A DNA stretch of 32,287 nucleotides from a virus, in the IMG/VR virus record IMGVR_UViG_3300030493_000405, one strand, 5' to 3'. A model generated the notes under the pieces. The model ran no database searches and was not told the origin of the DNA. It was given only the letters and a program-made list of their open reading frames with translations. A program made the position numbers and the translations under genes. This document shows positions 1 to 9,565 of the stretch, one piece after another; positions within the stretch are counted from its first letter, which is position 1, and every line of letters starts with the position of its first letter.

Positions 1-45
1 TCATTCACAAGTGCATTTACTCTGTTCTTTCCCATAGATATCCCT

Positions 46-109
46 ATCATAATAAGTGATGTTGATGATATTTAAGCCTATTACATCATAATAAGTGATG
101 ATGATGATA
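46..109 (+). repeat. Direct repeat ATCATAATAAGTGATG(T/A)TGATGATA x2 (39-bp period)
   Basis: The identical 16-mer occurs at 46-61 and 85-100. A similar GAT-rich tract lies at about 668-692, upstream of the SWIM gene. Confidence 0.7.
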
Positions 110-143
110 ATATGTAAGAACTTGTACAGGAGCCTACTAAGCA

Positions 144-453
144 GGGAAACCTCAGCGGTTTCCCCGCACCCCATCCCCTACATGGAACCCCTAGCTACGG
201 GTTCCCTAACCCTCCTGGCAGGGGGTCAGCCTTCGGCTGAACGCTCCTTAACAGTCGCTCCCCCCGCACCCCCCACTGTAACCAGGATAGGAGAGCCCCG
301 GAGAAGGTCAGCTCTGCATTTGTCAGTGACTTTTTTATTATACCATGAAAGATGTCACCTATTTAAACAGCTGGCCATGGTATTGGGGAGCCATTGGGCT
401 CCCCAGTAGCACATCCCATGGGGCGAGATTATAGGGCGGCCGAATGGCTGCCC
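144..453. other. Hairpin-dense non-coding leader
   Basis: Stems at 144-151/157-164, 184-190/199-205, 226-231/235-240, 385-392/397-404 and 434-441/446-453. CCCCGCACCCC occurs at 162-172 and 262-272. Confidence 0.65.
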
Positions 454-741
454 AATAGTGGGCGCCATCAGGCGCTGGCCCTACAACCTAAAACAAGCCC
501 ATACGACTCTGAGGCTGGCAGGAGTCCCCAGGCCTGAAGAACCGGCCGACATATTCCGCCCTGTTCAGGCCAATTGATAAATATTTTTATTAAGTTTATA
601 CTGAATCTCACATCGCGCACTGTTCGTATTGAGAACTATTTTCAGATGTCCTAAGCCTAGTTTCTACTATGATGATGATATTGATGATGATAATGCTTAA
701 ATATCATAACAGTCTAATAGTATATTGGAGGTAAAAACTCC

Positions 742-1440
742 ATGAAGGCACAGAACAACGTATCAGATAAGGAGAAGGCCAAATTTATGAAGAATGTACA
801 GGAATATGCAGCCAAGCACCACGGAGCCAAGGCCCAAACTCAGCCCGTCCAAGCTGAGCCCAAGCCCATAGGCTACCAACCACCTAAAGAAGAGATTACG
901 CTGTCGGCGGTGCAGAGTTTAGTCTATATGCTGACTGGTCAGACCTGCCAGTCCAGACCCAATAAGGTAATCATGCCCGAGGGTACCTGGGGCAGGGTCT
1001 GCCTTGTTCTCAGCTCTCAGCACAATCTGTACTATCGGGTTACGCCTGATAGCTGCACCTGTCAGGGTTGGTTCTTCTCATCCCGAAAGTACGGAGCTGG
1101 CAAATGCAGGCATCATACCCTGGCATTCCCTGAAGAAGCAGCCAAAAACTGCCAGATAATTGCAGATCTGAAACTCGGCAAACAGTGCGTGGTGGAGGAG
1201 ACGGGCAAGTCTGCCCCATCCACCATGCCCGAAAAACTGGAAGCTGTGAAGCTTGCTCTTGAACAGGGCGGTATACCCTACAAGTCGATCGTCCAGGATT
1301 GCATGGGACAGGAAACGATACTTATCAAAATGCCTTATGCCGAGGACCTGACCCCAGACCAGGCCAAAAAGATGGACCGCGCCCTTACCCTTGGTAGAGC
1401 TGCCGTTGGCACGAATGATGTGTACGTTTCCGCATACTGA
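742..1440 (+). CDS. SWIM zinc-finger domain protein
   Basis: YRVTPDSCTCQGW...KCRHH fits the SWIM CxC-(n)-CxH pattern. GGAGGT RBS at 727-732. Confidence 0.75.
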   Translation: MKAQNNVSDKEKAKFMKNVQEYAAKHHGAKAQTQPVQAEPKPIGYQPPKEEITLSAVQSLVYMLTGQTCQSRPNKVIMPEGTWGRVCLVLSSQHNLYYRVTPDSCTCQGWFFSSRKYGAGKCRHHTLAFPEEAAKNCQIIADLKLGKQCVVEETGKSAPSTMPEKLEAVKLALEQGGIPYKSIVQDCMGQETILIKMPYAEDLTPDQAKKMDRALTLGRAAVGTNDVYVSAY

Positions 1441-1465
1441 AAAAGAGCTTTGGGGGACTAAGATC

Positions 1466-2365
1466 ATGGCAGATATCTATCAAATCATAACAGATAGGAT
1501 ATGCAGTTTATTGGAGCGTGGGGTTGTACCCTGGCGCCGGCCTTGGTCCGGCTGCTTTCCCACCAACTACGACAGCGGGAAGGAGTACCAGGGAATCAAT
1601 ACGCTCATGCTGGGAGGCTCAGCCATGGCCCAGGGCTTCAAGTCTCCTTACTGGATGACCTTTCGCCAGGCCCAGAAGCACGGCGGAGCAGTCAAGGCTG
1701 GAGAGCATGGCAGTATCATAGTTTGGAAAGAAGTTTACGCCAGAGAGGAGAAGAAAGCAGACGGCAGCACCACTTTAAAGCGAGGCTTCTTCCTGCGGTA
1801 TTACACAGTATTCAATGCCGAGCAATGCCAGGGCTTGCCAGATAAGGTCCCACCCACCTCTAATATCGATATGAATAAGGACGTAGTGGAGCGATGCGAG
1901 GCGGTAATTGCCCATATGCCTACACCGCCTAAATTCGCTCTTGGGCAGGCTGCAGCCTATCGACCATCAGAGGATATCATAACTCTGCCGGCCATGGAAT
2001 ATTTCGAGTCTGTAGAGGACTATTTCTCTACAAAATACCACGAGCTGGTACATTCCACTGGGGCGGGCCACAGGCTTAACCGCCCTGGAATCACCAACGG
2101 TGCCAGGTTTGCAAGCCATGCCTACAGTTTTGAAGAGTTGGTGGCTGAGATGGGCAGCGCCTACCTTGCGGCCAGAGCCGGCATAGATTGCCCTGCCATT
2201 ACTGAAAACAGCGTGGCCTATATTGGGTCCTGGCTCAGGACGCTAAAGGGCGACAAAACCGTATTGCTCCGGGCTGCTGGCAAATCTACGATAGCCATTG
2301 ACTATATCTTAACTGGCAAGCTCCCGGCGCCGGTTGTTCAGGCTGCGCCAGGAGCAACAGCCTAG
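1466..2365 (+). CDS. ardC: ArdC-family antirestriction protein (ssDNA-binding N-domain plus zincin-like metallopeptidase domain)
   Basis: N-terminal IYQIITDRI..LERGVVPWRRPW, YQGIN, WMTFRQA and FNAEQC motifs; HELVH (HExxH) and EELVAEMGSA in the C-domain. ATG 1466 preferred over the ORF-track start at 1391. Confidence 0.93.
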   Translation: MADIYQIITDRICSLLERGVVPWRRPWSGCFPTNYDSGKEYQGINTLMLGGSAMAQGFKSPYWMTFRQAQKHGGAVKAGEHGSIIVWKEVYAREEKKADGSTTLKRGFFLRYYTVFNAEQCQGLPDKVPPTSNIDMNKDVVERCEAVIAHMPTPPKFALGQAAAYRPSEDIITLPAMEYFESVEDYFSTKYHELVHSTGAGHRLNRPGITNGARFASHAYSFEELVAEMGSAYLAARAGIDCPAITENSVAYIGSWLRTLKGDKTVLLRAAGKSTIAIDYILTGKLPAPVVQAAPGATA

Positions 2366-2440
2366 AGAGTTAAAGAAGCACAGAGAAGGCACGAATCATA
2401 TAAAACATGATTAGAGTTTCCACAAGCAGGGGGCTAGAAC

Positions 2441-2623
2441 ATGCAATATGAAGCGACATTTCAGGCGGGGGGTTCACCCCTGCCCACTTTCCGGGGGCGT
2501 GTTTCGTTCACGTCTCGGGCAGAAGGGCATGAAGAGATAGAGAAAGAGGCTATCCATAAGATTCAAAGAAGATATGGACCTATGCCGATTAGAATATTTG
2601 GATTGGTGAGGCTGGAAGCTTGA
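2441..2623 (+). CDS. Small hypothetical protein (60 aa)
   Basis: ATG start, co-directional with ardC, stop overlaps the next start (TTGA). Confidence 0.5.
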   Translation: MQYEATFQAGGSPLPTFRGRVSFTSRAEGHEEIEKEAIHKIQRRYGPMPIRIFGLVRLEA

Positions 2624-3006
2624 GACCACAACCAAGCAAAGAGGAAATGCTCTTAGAGCGGGCCTATGCCCTGCAGAGTATGATCAAAGCCCAGCGCCAG
2701 AACTTAAGACAGCAGGAGGCCGAACTAAAAGACATCCTGGCGCAAGTTGACTCGACCGGCAAATCAAGATTTGGCAGGTACGGCATAGCCAGGAAAGTCC
2801 AGAATCGCAGGAGCATAATATCTGACAGGTTCTTCAGGCTGTGGCCTCAGGCATTTATGAGGCTGGCCAAAGTCTCGATCAAGGATGCAGAGGCCGAACT
2901 AGGAAAAGAGCAGTTAGACGCGGCCAATATCTTCGAGGTAAAGGACCAGATATCGCTAGAAGTTATCAGGTTTGAGCTACCGCCTAAGAAGGAACTCATG
3001 ATTTGA
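2620..3006 (+). CDS. Hypothetical protein (128 aa, N-terminal coiled coil)
   Basis: TTG start coupled to the upstream stop, plausible composition, followed by a T-tract. Confidence 0.65.
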   Translation: MRPQPSKEEMLLERAYALQSMIKAQRQNLRQQEAELKDILAQVDSTGKSRFGRYGIARKVQNRRSIISDRFFRLWPQAFMRLAKVSIKDAEAELGKEQLDAANIFEVKDQISLEVIRFELPPKKELMI

Positions 3007-3090
3007 AGTCTGATAACTTTTTTCTCTTCAAAATTTAGTAGAGGACATGAAGGAAAATATAAGTAGAAATGTCACCTATTATAATATGGG

Positions 3091-3540
3091 ATGTGCTGGG
3101 CTATGACTGGAAAAACAAGTACGGGGAATAGGATTAAAGAGCTGAGAAAAGAGGCGGCGCAATGCCAAAGGGCAATTAATGCAGCTCATAGGCTCGTTAA
3201 GGCTGGAGATATCAACGCAGCGGCGGAGATTGTAGGCCGCCAGGCTCCAAAACGAGACCAGGCTTTAAGAGATGCTGAATTGTTGAGATATTCAGGCCGG
3301 GCCAGGCTTGAAGATATCCAGGTCTATACAGTCGAGCGGGTTGTGGAATCCAAAAAGGGCAAGAGGACCAACAAATATTATTATGCATCCTGGCGCCGTC
3401 CAGGTGGCAAGGTCTATAACAAATACCTTGGCTCAACTAAAAGAATAGATCACCCTTCCGCCCTGGACCTGGCAAGAAAACTTAAGGCTGCAGACCTGGG
3501 GATTGATCTTGAACCCGAAAAAGAATCAATGACAATTTAA
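3091..3540 (+). CDS. Basic hypothetical protein, probably nucleic-acid binding (start may be ATG 3103)
   Basis: YYYASWRRPGGKVYNKYLG beta-rich basic motif. Flanked by the 12-bp direct repeat AATGTCACCTAT at 3068-3079 and 3555-3566. Confidence 0.65.
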   Translation: MCWAMTGKTSTGNRIKELRKEAAQCQRAINAAHRLVKAGDINAAAEIVGRQAPKRDQALRDAELLRYSGRARLEDIQVYTVERVVESKKGKRTNKYYYASWRRPGGKVYNKYLGSTKRIDHPSALDLARKLKAADLGIDLEPEKESMTI

Positions 3541-4107
3541 CCCTTTTTTCTTATAATGTCACCTATCTAATCCTGCCCACTTAACTTATATGCTCCATTC
3601 TCCAGGACCATCAAACCGCCTCTGCAGCTGCGGCCGTCTCTCCGTCGTCGCTGGGTTCCCGTCGCAACGGGATAGATGTCGGAATAGATCGAGCCCCCGT
3701 CCCCATCTCATCTTTTTCTTACTTCGTCTTTCAATGAATCCCAGGCTGTTTAACTCGAAAGGCTGCGGCATGGTCACGGCTTTTTTTTTGTCGTATATGA
3801 GTCTCGCCCCAGCAGGCATTTCTCAGGTGCTTGCTAAATCCCGCCAGGAGGGCTGAGATGATCATGCCTGCGCTGCAGTTCGGCGCAGGCTTGATCTTCT
3901 CAGAACTCCCCGTTTTTAGCAAGCACCTTAATGACTGCGGCAGACTGATGTACGAGTAAAAAGCCAACCTATGGGCCAAAGCCTGTCCCTCTCCTGGCGA
4001 TATTCCATTTTTCAGCCTGTCTACTTGCCACACCCCGGCCAGCATTTACCATGGGCTTTAAAGACAGTACGCCCGCAGGCGCACGTCCCTAAAGAGTCCA
4101 GCATGAA

Positions 4108-4318
4108 AACAGGGCCAAAACCGGGAAAAAACGACCTCATAAAATGCCCCAGGGCGGCCATTTGAAGCTCTACGGACCTTACACAGACCCAGGACGAGAT
4201 GCATAATAATGTCAGACGTTATCGATTCCCAGGGCTGGCACTTGAAAATAGGTAGAAATCCAGGTAACCCAGGGCTGGCCTTGAATCCTCGTCAGATCCT
4301 CAGATGAACCAGGGCGAA
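4108..4318 (+). repeat. Six iteron-like repeats at exact 40-bp period
   Basis: cAGG(G/A)C core at 4110, 4150, 4190, 4230, 4270 and 4310. The best copies read CCCAGGGC(T/G)GGC..TTGAA. Confidence 0.75.
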
Positions 4319-4337
4319 GAGCTGGACAAGGACTTAC

Positions 4338-4628
4338 CTACTTACCTGGATGGGACTCCCCAGAGATTAAAACCTGTTGAATCATCTCCTTCTTCCAGGC
4401 TTCCCAGGATTCAGGCAAGATTTCATCCAGCCATTCAACCATCTGCTTATCTGTCAGTCCAAGGTCTTTCCGTTTAGCCTCATAGAATTCACACCAGATC
4501 AGCAGAGGCGCTGGTCTCATCCTGTGCTTGAACATCTTGAACGCCTTCTGGCATTCTTTTGATGGATGTAGAAATGCAAATGACAACTTAACCGCCTTGA
4601 CAGATCTTGTCAATGGTGACTCCGCCAT
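4338..4628 (-). CDS. Possible small hypothetical protein
   Basis: Helical, amphipathic 96-aa ORF with no recognised motif; start uncertain. Confidence 0.35.
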   Translation of the reverse strand: MAESPLTRSVKAVKLSFAFLHPSKECQKAFKMFKHRMRPAPLLIWCEFYEAKRKDLGLTDKQMVEWLDEILPESWEAWKKEMIQQVLISGESHPGK

Positions 4629-4866
4629 AAAGCCCTCCTGGGTTCTCTATCTCAAGGCGGTCGGCAAAGTGTCTGACCTGGATATGGCTCCCACGAACGA
4701 ACTGACTATAATCACGATGGGCTACGGCATTGACTATGGCCTCTCTCAGTGCTACCTCTGGGTATTCGGGCACATCCTGCCTGTAAACTCCACGAATGAG
4801 GCCGCCCTTACGCATGCTGGCCAACAGATAGGCTACAGCCCCATCAATCATATCCTTAAGGACAAC
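4588..4866 (-). pseudogene. Internal fragment of an AlbA/Schlafen-HATPase_c_4 ('RecG C-terminal'-type) ATP-binding protein
   Basis: YPEVALREAIVNAVAHRDY..GSHIQVRHFADRLEIENPGGL is the family signature. An in-frame stop lies immediately upstream (4867-4869) and only about 90 aa are present. Confidence 0.8.
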
Positions 4867-5075
4867 TCAATATACTCATATCTACTTTATCATCATATGA
4901 TATATCGTAAATTGCATTATCGTAATTTGCTTTATCATATGCATCTTTACCATTAATAATATATGCTATAATAAATTATTATCATATGATTACCCATATG
5001 TAAATATGTCATAAATGATATATCATAATCTGTCTCATCATTTGATGATATACGATATATCCTTTATTATCAACT
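4865..5075. repeat. AT-rich array of ATCAT/ATGAT motifs with GATATATC palindromes (centromere-like)
   Basis: TGATATATCG 4898, TGATATATCA 5016, CGATATATCC 5053. The 14-mer GATATATCGTAAAT is shared with 8017-8030. Confidence 0.65.
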
Positions 5076-5699
5076 GATTTATGGCAGAGTCCTTTACTGC
5101 CACATTCCTGGGCAGTTAACGTCTGAGGCCCAGAAGGAACAGTTCGACTAAGGCAGACATATGGCGGAAACCAGGCTCGACCTTCTTAGTCATCGACACT
5201 TAAGGCAACCTAGAACAGGTAGGATCTGCCAGCTACATCTTCGGCCTTCATGCCAAGGACCTCAACCATGACCTGGTATTTTCTCAGGACCGATAATTTA
5301 GCATTTAGAATAGCCGAGTTAACCAGTGAGCTGGGCCTGAGAAAAACCAGAGAGGCGGTCGTCTCAAGCACAGGATGAGCTAATGCCCCTTTAGATACTA
5401 GCCCTCAGAGCCATGGATACTGGCGGCTACGCTGGATAACAGACTGGAGTTCAGGCTGACCTAGCCACAATAGAAGCTTAGTCTGGAGGCAGAAATGTGA
5501 CTCAATACATCAAAAATCAATTTGATGCGCGAAATTTTTAGAATCATGGTGGTTATAATGAAGGCATGCCGCAGCGGGAACATTCAACCAGACCTAGCTG
5601 TGACTAAAAATCAAGTTGAATTTTAGCAGGAGCCTGAACAGAACTGAAGGGAAAAGTTTAATAGAGAATGTTCACATGACGTTAAAGTGGTGAGCCAGA

Positions 5700-6143
5700 A
5701 TGCAAGAGGCCGAGATAGCTGAAGCGACACGGTACATCTACACCATGATCCATACCAGCGACTATCTCAAGAATGTTCTCGGCAAACACAACTTGAAGGT
5801 CAATGTGACAGTAGAGCCTAGCGATTACGAGCCTGAAAGGCCATACGAGGCTCCAGCGACCAAAGCCGAGCTCAGGGCCAGAGAACTCTGCAGGCTGATG
5901 GCTACCAGGTGGGAGCTGGATACAGTCGAGGTCCAGAAACATCTAGGAGTCATAGAGGGCAAGACAATCCAGGCTCAGGTAGCACACCGAGCCATGGAGA
6001 AGGCCATAGAGCTTGACAAAAACCTGTCAATGACAGAGGGCTCAAAAAAGAAGAAGATACTGATCCATAAATCGCCAGAAAATATATGCACCAGGCTACA
6101 GGACCAGGTAAATCCTGCCGACCAGAAGTGTGAGCAAGTCTAG
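5700..6143 (+). CDS. Short wHTH-like protein, paralog 1 of the 'RAM' family
   Basis: RARELCRLM..ELDTVEVQKHLGVIEGKTIQAQVAHRAMEKAIELDKNL aligns by eye with ORFs 6407, 9961 and 10650. Confidence 0.7.
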   Translation: MQEAEIAEATRYIYTMIHTSDYLKNVLGKHNLKVNVTVEPSDYEPERPYEAPATKAELRARELCRLMATRWELDTVEVQKHLGVIEGKTIQAQVAHRAMEKAIELDKNLSMTEGSKKKKILIHKSPENICTRLQDQVNPADQKCEQV

Positions 6144-6406
6144 AATTAAGGAGTAGAAGAGGAAAAGAAAGAGCGAATTCCAGCCCAGGCGTGCGACCGC
6201 CTGGACAGGAGTTCCCCAGTGAAGGGGATTTATTTGAACGCCAACTTAGCTTTAGCCATGGGTCCCGAGCCCATGACAACTGTAAGAATACATAAGTTAG
6301 TCCATCAGATAAATAGCTTTTGCATCAACTTGATTTTTAGTAACGGCGAGGCATTTCTCAGCCTTTCGTCATGCAAAAGTAGTTTTAAGTGTATGGAGGG
6401 CCTGTC

Positions 6407-7336
6407 ATGACCATAGAGGCCGACCTGGTCCAGGTCAAGACTCCAATATCAATATCAATCCCAATTCCAGTAACTCCAGGGCCCGAAGGAGAACTCGAGG
6501 CCACCAAGGCAGTTCTCAAGGAGAAGTCCGACAAGGTCATAGAACTTGATGCCCTGGTACAGGATTTCCAAGCCCAAATCAAGGTAGCCAACGATCTGGC
6601 AGCCAGAGCCTATGAAGGCCGGTTTAGGAAGGACTCATCATCACTGGTCTTGGAGATCCAGGACCTGAAACAGAGCCTCAGGATAGCAGGAGCCCAGTAC
6701 CAGGCCATTCAGGAAAAAAATCGGTCCCTGGAATCTCAGCTCAAGACCATGATCAGGCCGAGCAGTGAGAAGGTCGCCAGCGAGATGACCCAGCTCAGAG
6801 CCGAGGTCAACCGGCTCAAGATGATCAATGCCGACCTGATAGACGAATACCAACACAAGTTCCAGCTCCAGGAACGCTGGGTCCGGGATGCCATCAAGAT
6901 CATAGAGCCCCTGGATCAGACCAGCCCGGAGATCCAGGACATCATGCACATGCTCAGTACCAGGCCCCAGGAGCTCAGGTCCGAGGTCATGGCCAAGAAG
7001 ATCTCGTATCACGATGCCTTTGATGAGCTGGCTCCAATACTCATAGTGGCCCTGAAACAGGTAGCCAAATCCCATGTCAAAGAGGTGGCCAAGACCAAAG
7101 TCTGTATCAGGGCCGAGTACCTGACCATGCAGATGCAGACCCGAAAATCCATCACCACTCAAACTGCTATTGACCTCATTACTGGCCGTGAGGAGTTAGA
7201 GAAAACAGTCAGCAGGGCTACTGCGCTACGAGCTATGGAGCTGGCCGCTCTAACAAATCCCAAGCTAATTTTTGAAAGAGAGGCAAGAAAGGTAGCAAGG
7301 CTAGTCTGGAGGGTAAATGAGGCTCCATGTGTGTGA
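6407..7336 (+). CDS. Coiled-coil plus C-terminal wHTH-like protein, paralog 2
   Basis: ATG 6407 with GGAGG at 6395-6399; long heptad region; C-terminal RAEYL..SITTQTAIDLI..SRATALRAMELAA. Confidence 0.8.
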   Translation: MTIEADLVQVKTPISISIPIPVTPGPEGELEATKAVLKEKSDKVIELDALVQDFQAQIKVANDLAARAYEGRFRKDSSSLVLEIQDLKQSLRIAGAQYQAIQEKNRSLESQLKTMIRPSSEKVASEMTQLRAEVNRLKMINADLIDEYQHKFQLQERWVRDAIKIIEPLDQTSPEIQDIMHMLSTRPQELRSEVMAKKISYHDAFDELAPILIVALKQVAKSHVKEVAKTKVCIRAEYLTMQMQTRKSITTQTAIDLITGREELEKTVSRATALRAMELAALTNPKLIFEREARKVARLVWRVNEAPCV

Positions 7337-7343
7337 ATATCTG

Positions 7344-7640
7344 ATCTGTATCAAGTTGATACAGATATTAGCCTGTATCAGGCTGATACAGCCAGGGGGT
7401 GACTCCTTAGGCCTGAGCTAGGACTCTTTAATCAGGGGGAGTAGATTTGGCATAATCCTCACTTTTGATCATCAGGGCGCTTTTCTGAGCGATTTCGACA
7501 AGCGCAGTCTTGGCCGATCTTATACCTTGATTTGATAGCCTTACTTTTAAGAGTAAAAATTCGAGGGTTTATTCGGGGGTATATTCGGGGGGACTGGGGG
7601 GTAAGGCGTAGCTATGTGCTCTGTATCAAGTTGATACAGA
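7344..7640. promoter_or_regulatory. Three palindromes CTGTATCA-N3-TGATACAG plus a G-tract
   Basis: Copies at 7344-7366, 7373-7391 and 7620-7640. G3/G5/G6/G6 runs at 7565-7601. Confidence 0.8.
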
Positions 7641-7889
7641 TCCAGAACGTTCTCTAAGTTTCAACAGTGTCATAGTCTCGAATAAGTTATCTTATCTTCA
7701 AAAAGGATAGCGAGTTCTGCTTATTACGGACCTGGCGATTCCCGACCATTTGCTGGTCTAAAACTAGATCTCATTCAAGCCCGAACAACTCTATGGGTAA
7801 AAGATCTTTGGTCGTGGATGGGTGTGGGCTGCTGAAAGAACTCGCATGAATTGTCTTGGCTTCTCCACCTTAGCCACTGAAGGCGGTGT

Positions 7890-8030
7890 TCGTATATCAT
7901 TTATCGTTTCATTATATATCATTTATCGTATCATAATAGCATGATATTAAATATCTCTACTAACAATATATGATATATTGTACTTGATGAACATGATATA
8001 TAATATATCAGATAACGATATATCGTAAAT
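7890..8030. promoter_or_regulatory. AT-rich array of GATATATC-like motifs upstream of parA (candidate centromere/operator)
   Basis: TTATATATCA 7912, TGATATATTG 7971, TGATATATAA 7994, TAATATATCA 8001, CGATATATCG 8016. Confidence 0.6.
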
Positions 8031-8113
8031 CATGGGATGCATTACAATTATTCTTCTCATGGTTGTCCAATTTACCATAAACTATATCTTTTCTTGAGCA
8101 ACCCATTGATTCC

Positions 8114-8872
8114 ATGAAGGTAATCACGATCTCCAACCAGAAGGGGGGGACAGGAAAATCGACGAGCGCAGTCAACACTGCTGCCTACCTGGCTCTCAAA
8201 GGCAAGAAGGTTCTTTTGGTCGATCTCGATCCTCAAGGGTCATCATCGACCCATCTGGGCATAAATAAGCTGCCTCTTGAAAAGACCATGTACGAAGCTC
8301 TGATGAAAGACCTCCCTCTCTCGGACGTCATTTTACCAACTTCCATTGCCGGCCTGGATATAGCTCCCACTAACACCAGGCTTGCCAAGGCAGAGATAGA
8401 GCTGGTTGCCAAAAAGCTTGGTCGAGAGTTCGTCCTTGCAAAGACGCTGGAATCTCTTGGCGGCTATGATTATGTGATCATAGATACAGCTCCGACACTC
8501 GGGTTCTTGACCCTGAACGCCCTGGTAGCCTGCGATACTATCTTGGTCCCCATCCAGACTGAGTTCTTTGCCCTGGAAGGGCTGGCGACATTGGCAGATC
8601 TGGTGACAGAGATCCATGAAGGTCTGAATCACAAGATTGAACGCCGCTACCTTCTCACCATGTTCGATGCCCGGACCAATCTGGCAAAGGAGGTCGCCAA
8701 GCAGATGAGGGATGTTTTTGGCGATTCAGTCTTCAAGACAGTTATACCCAAGAGCATAAAGCTTGCAGAAGCTCCGAGTCGTGGTGTGCCCATCTGCTCC
8801 TACGATCCTGAGACTCCCGGCGCTAAAGCCTATTCCGATCTGGCTGACGAGGTGATCGCTGATGGGAATTGA
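8114..8872 (+). CDS. parA: ParA/Soj-family partition ATPase
   Basis: Deviant Walker A KGGTGKST, VDLDPQG, YDYVIIDTAP, LVPIQTEFFALEG and LAEAPS motifs; no N-terminal HTH (252 aa). Confidence 0.97.
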   Translation: MKVITISNQKGGTGKSTSAVNTAAYLALKGKKVLLVDLDPQGSSSTHLGINKLPLEKTMYEALMKDLPLSDVILPTSIAGLDIAPTNTRLAKAEIELVAKKLGREFVLAKTLESLGGYDYVIIDTAPTLGFLTLNALVACDTILVPIQTEFFALEGLATLADLVTEIHEGLNHKIERRYLLTMFDARTNLAKEVAKQMRDVFGDSVFKTVIPKSIKLAEAPSRGVPICSYDPETPGAKAYSDLADEVIADGN

Positions 8873-9491
8873 TAAGGGGTTAGTTGGCAGTCTTATTAGC
8901 TCTGCAAAAGATGCCGCTGATAAGGATAAATCCTTAAATGGTAAAGCAGAAGACAATAAAGCATCAGATGATATATCATTAGATGATAAATCAATTGAGC
9001 ATAAAGAATTACATGATATATCGCCTGAAGCTACAGGATCGGATCATAAACCGAATGATAAAAAAGGCGATGGTAAAGCTTCCCCTGATATATCAATATC
9101 TAATAAAGGATCTAATGATATATCATTAGAAGATAAAGCAGGAAAAGATAAAGGATCAAATGATATAGCAATAGAAGGTAAAGTCAGCAAGGGTATGCTG
9201 GGGCGGAACAGGCTCATATTACAGCTATGCCAGATGGAGAAAGACGATTTTGACCCAGATGACATCCGAGCTGCCATCGAAGAGGCAGATAGCAAGCAGT
9301 TCAGGCTGGGCGTGTTCTCGCCCGAGCTATCATCGGCCTTGAGGTTCATCCAGTCTTCCATACCAAAGTATTCAATCAGCGACGAGGTCAGGGACATATT
9401 GGCGCCGGCCCTTGAAGCCAAATACCCCGGCCTTCTGACCAGGATAAGAGACGAGTTGGATAGCAGTGGAAAAGGTTCAAAGGAGAATTAG
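8862..9491 (+). CDS. ParA partner, candidate centromere-binding protein (disordered N-half, possible C-terminal ribbon-helix-helix)
   Basis: Start overlaps the parA 3' end. C-terminal strand-helix-helix pattern RLGVF-SPELSSALRFIQSS-SISDEVRDILAPAL. No ParB/Srx motif seen. Confidence 0.65.
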   Translation: MGIDKGLVGSLISSAKDAADKDKSLNGKAEDNKASDDISLDDKSIEHKELHDISPEATGSDHKPNDKKGDGKASPDISISNKGSNDISLEDKAGKDKGSNDIAIEGKVSKGMLGRNRLILQLCQMEKDDFDPDDIRAAIEEADSKQFRLGVFSPELSSALRFIQSSIPKYSISDEVRDILAPALEAKYPGLLTRIRDELDSSGKGSKEN

Positions 9492-9565
9492 CTGGACTGA
9501 CATCTAAGTACTTTGGGGTTCCTGCTGCGGTTCAGGTGGCCTGGGCACAAGGGGCCCGCTCACAC

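Noticed and set aside
95-409. 104-aa ORF from the ORF track
   Set aside because: It runs through GAT repeats and hairpins, with no RBS or protein-like pattern.
4108-4318. Mini CRISPR array (repeats ending in TTGAA)
   Set aside because: The 40-bp period is too short for a repeat plus spacer, the copies are highly degenerate, and no cas genes are present.
4528-4956. 142-aa + strand ORF
   Set aside because: Antisense shadow of the HATPase_c_4 fragment running into the AT-rich array.
6641-7162. Long antisense ORFs (also 11269-11790, 24171-24671, 28309-29052)
   Set aside because: Each lies opposite a well-supported gene, as expected from codon bias, and has no recognisable motifs.
7344-7640. 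LexA SOS boxes (CTGT...ACAG)
   Set aside because: The spacing is N11, not N8, and the host appears to be archaeal.
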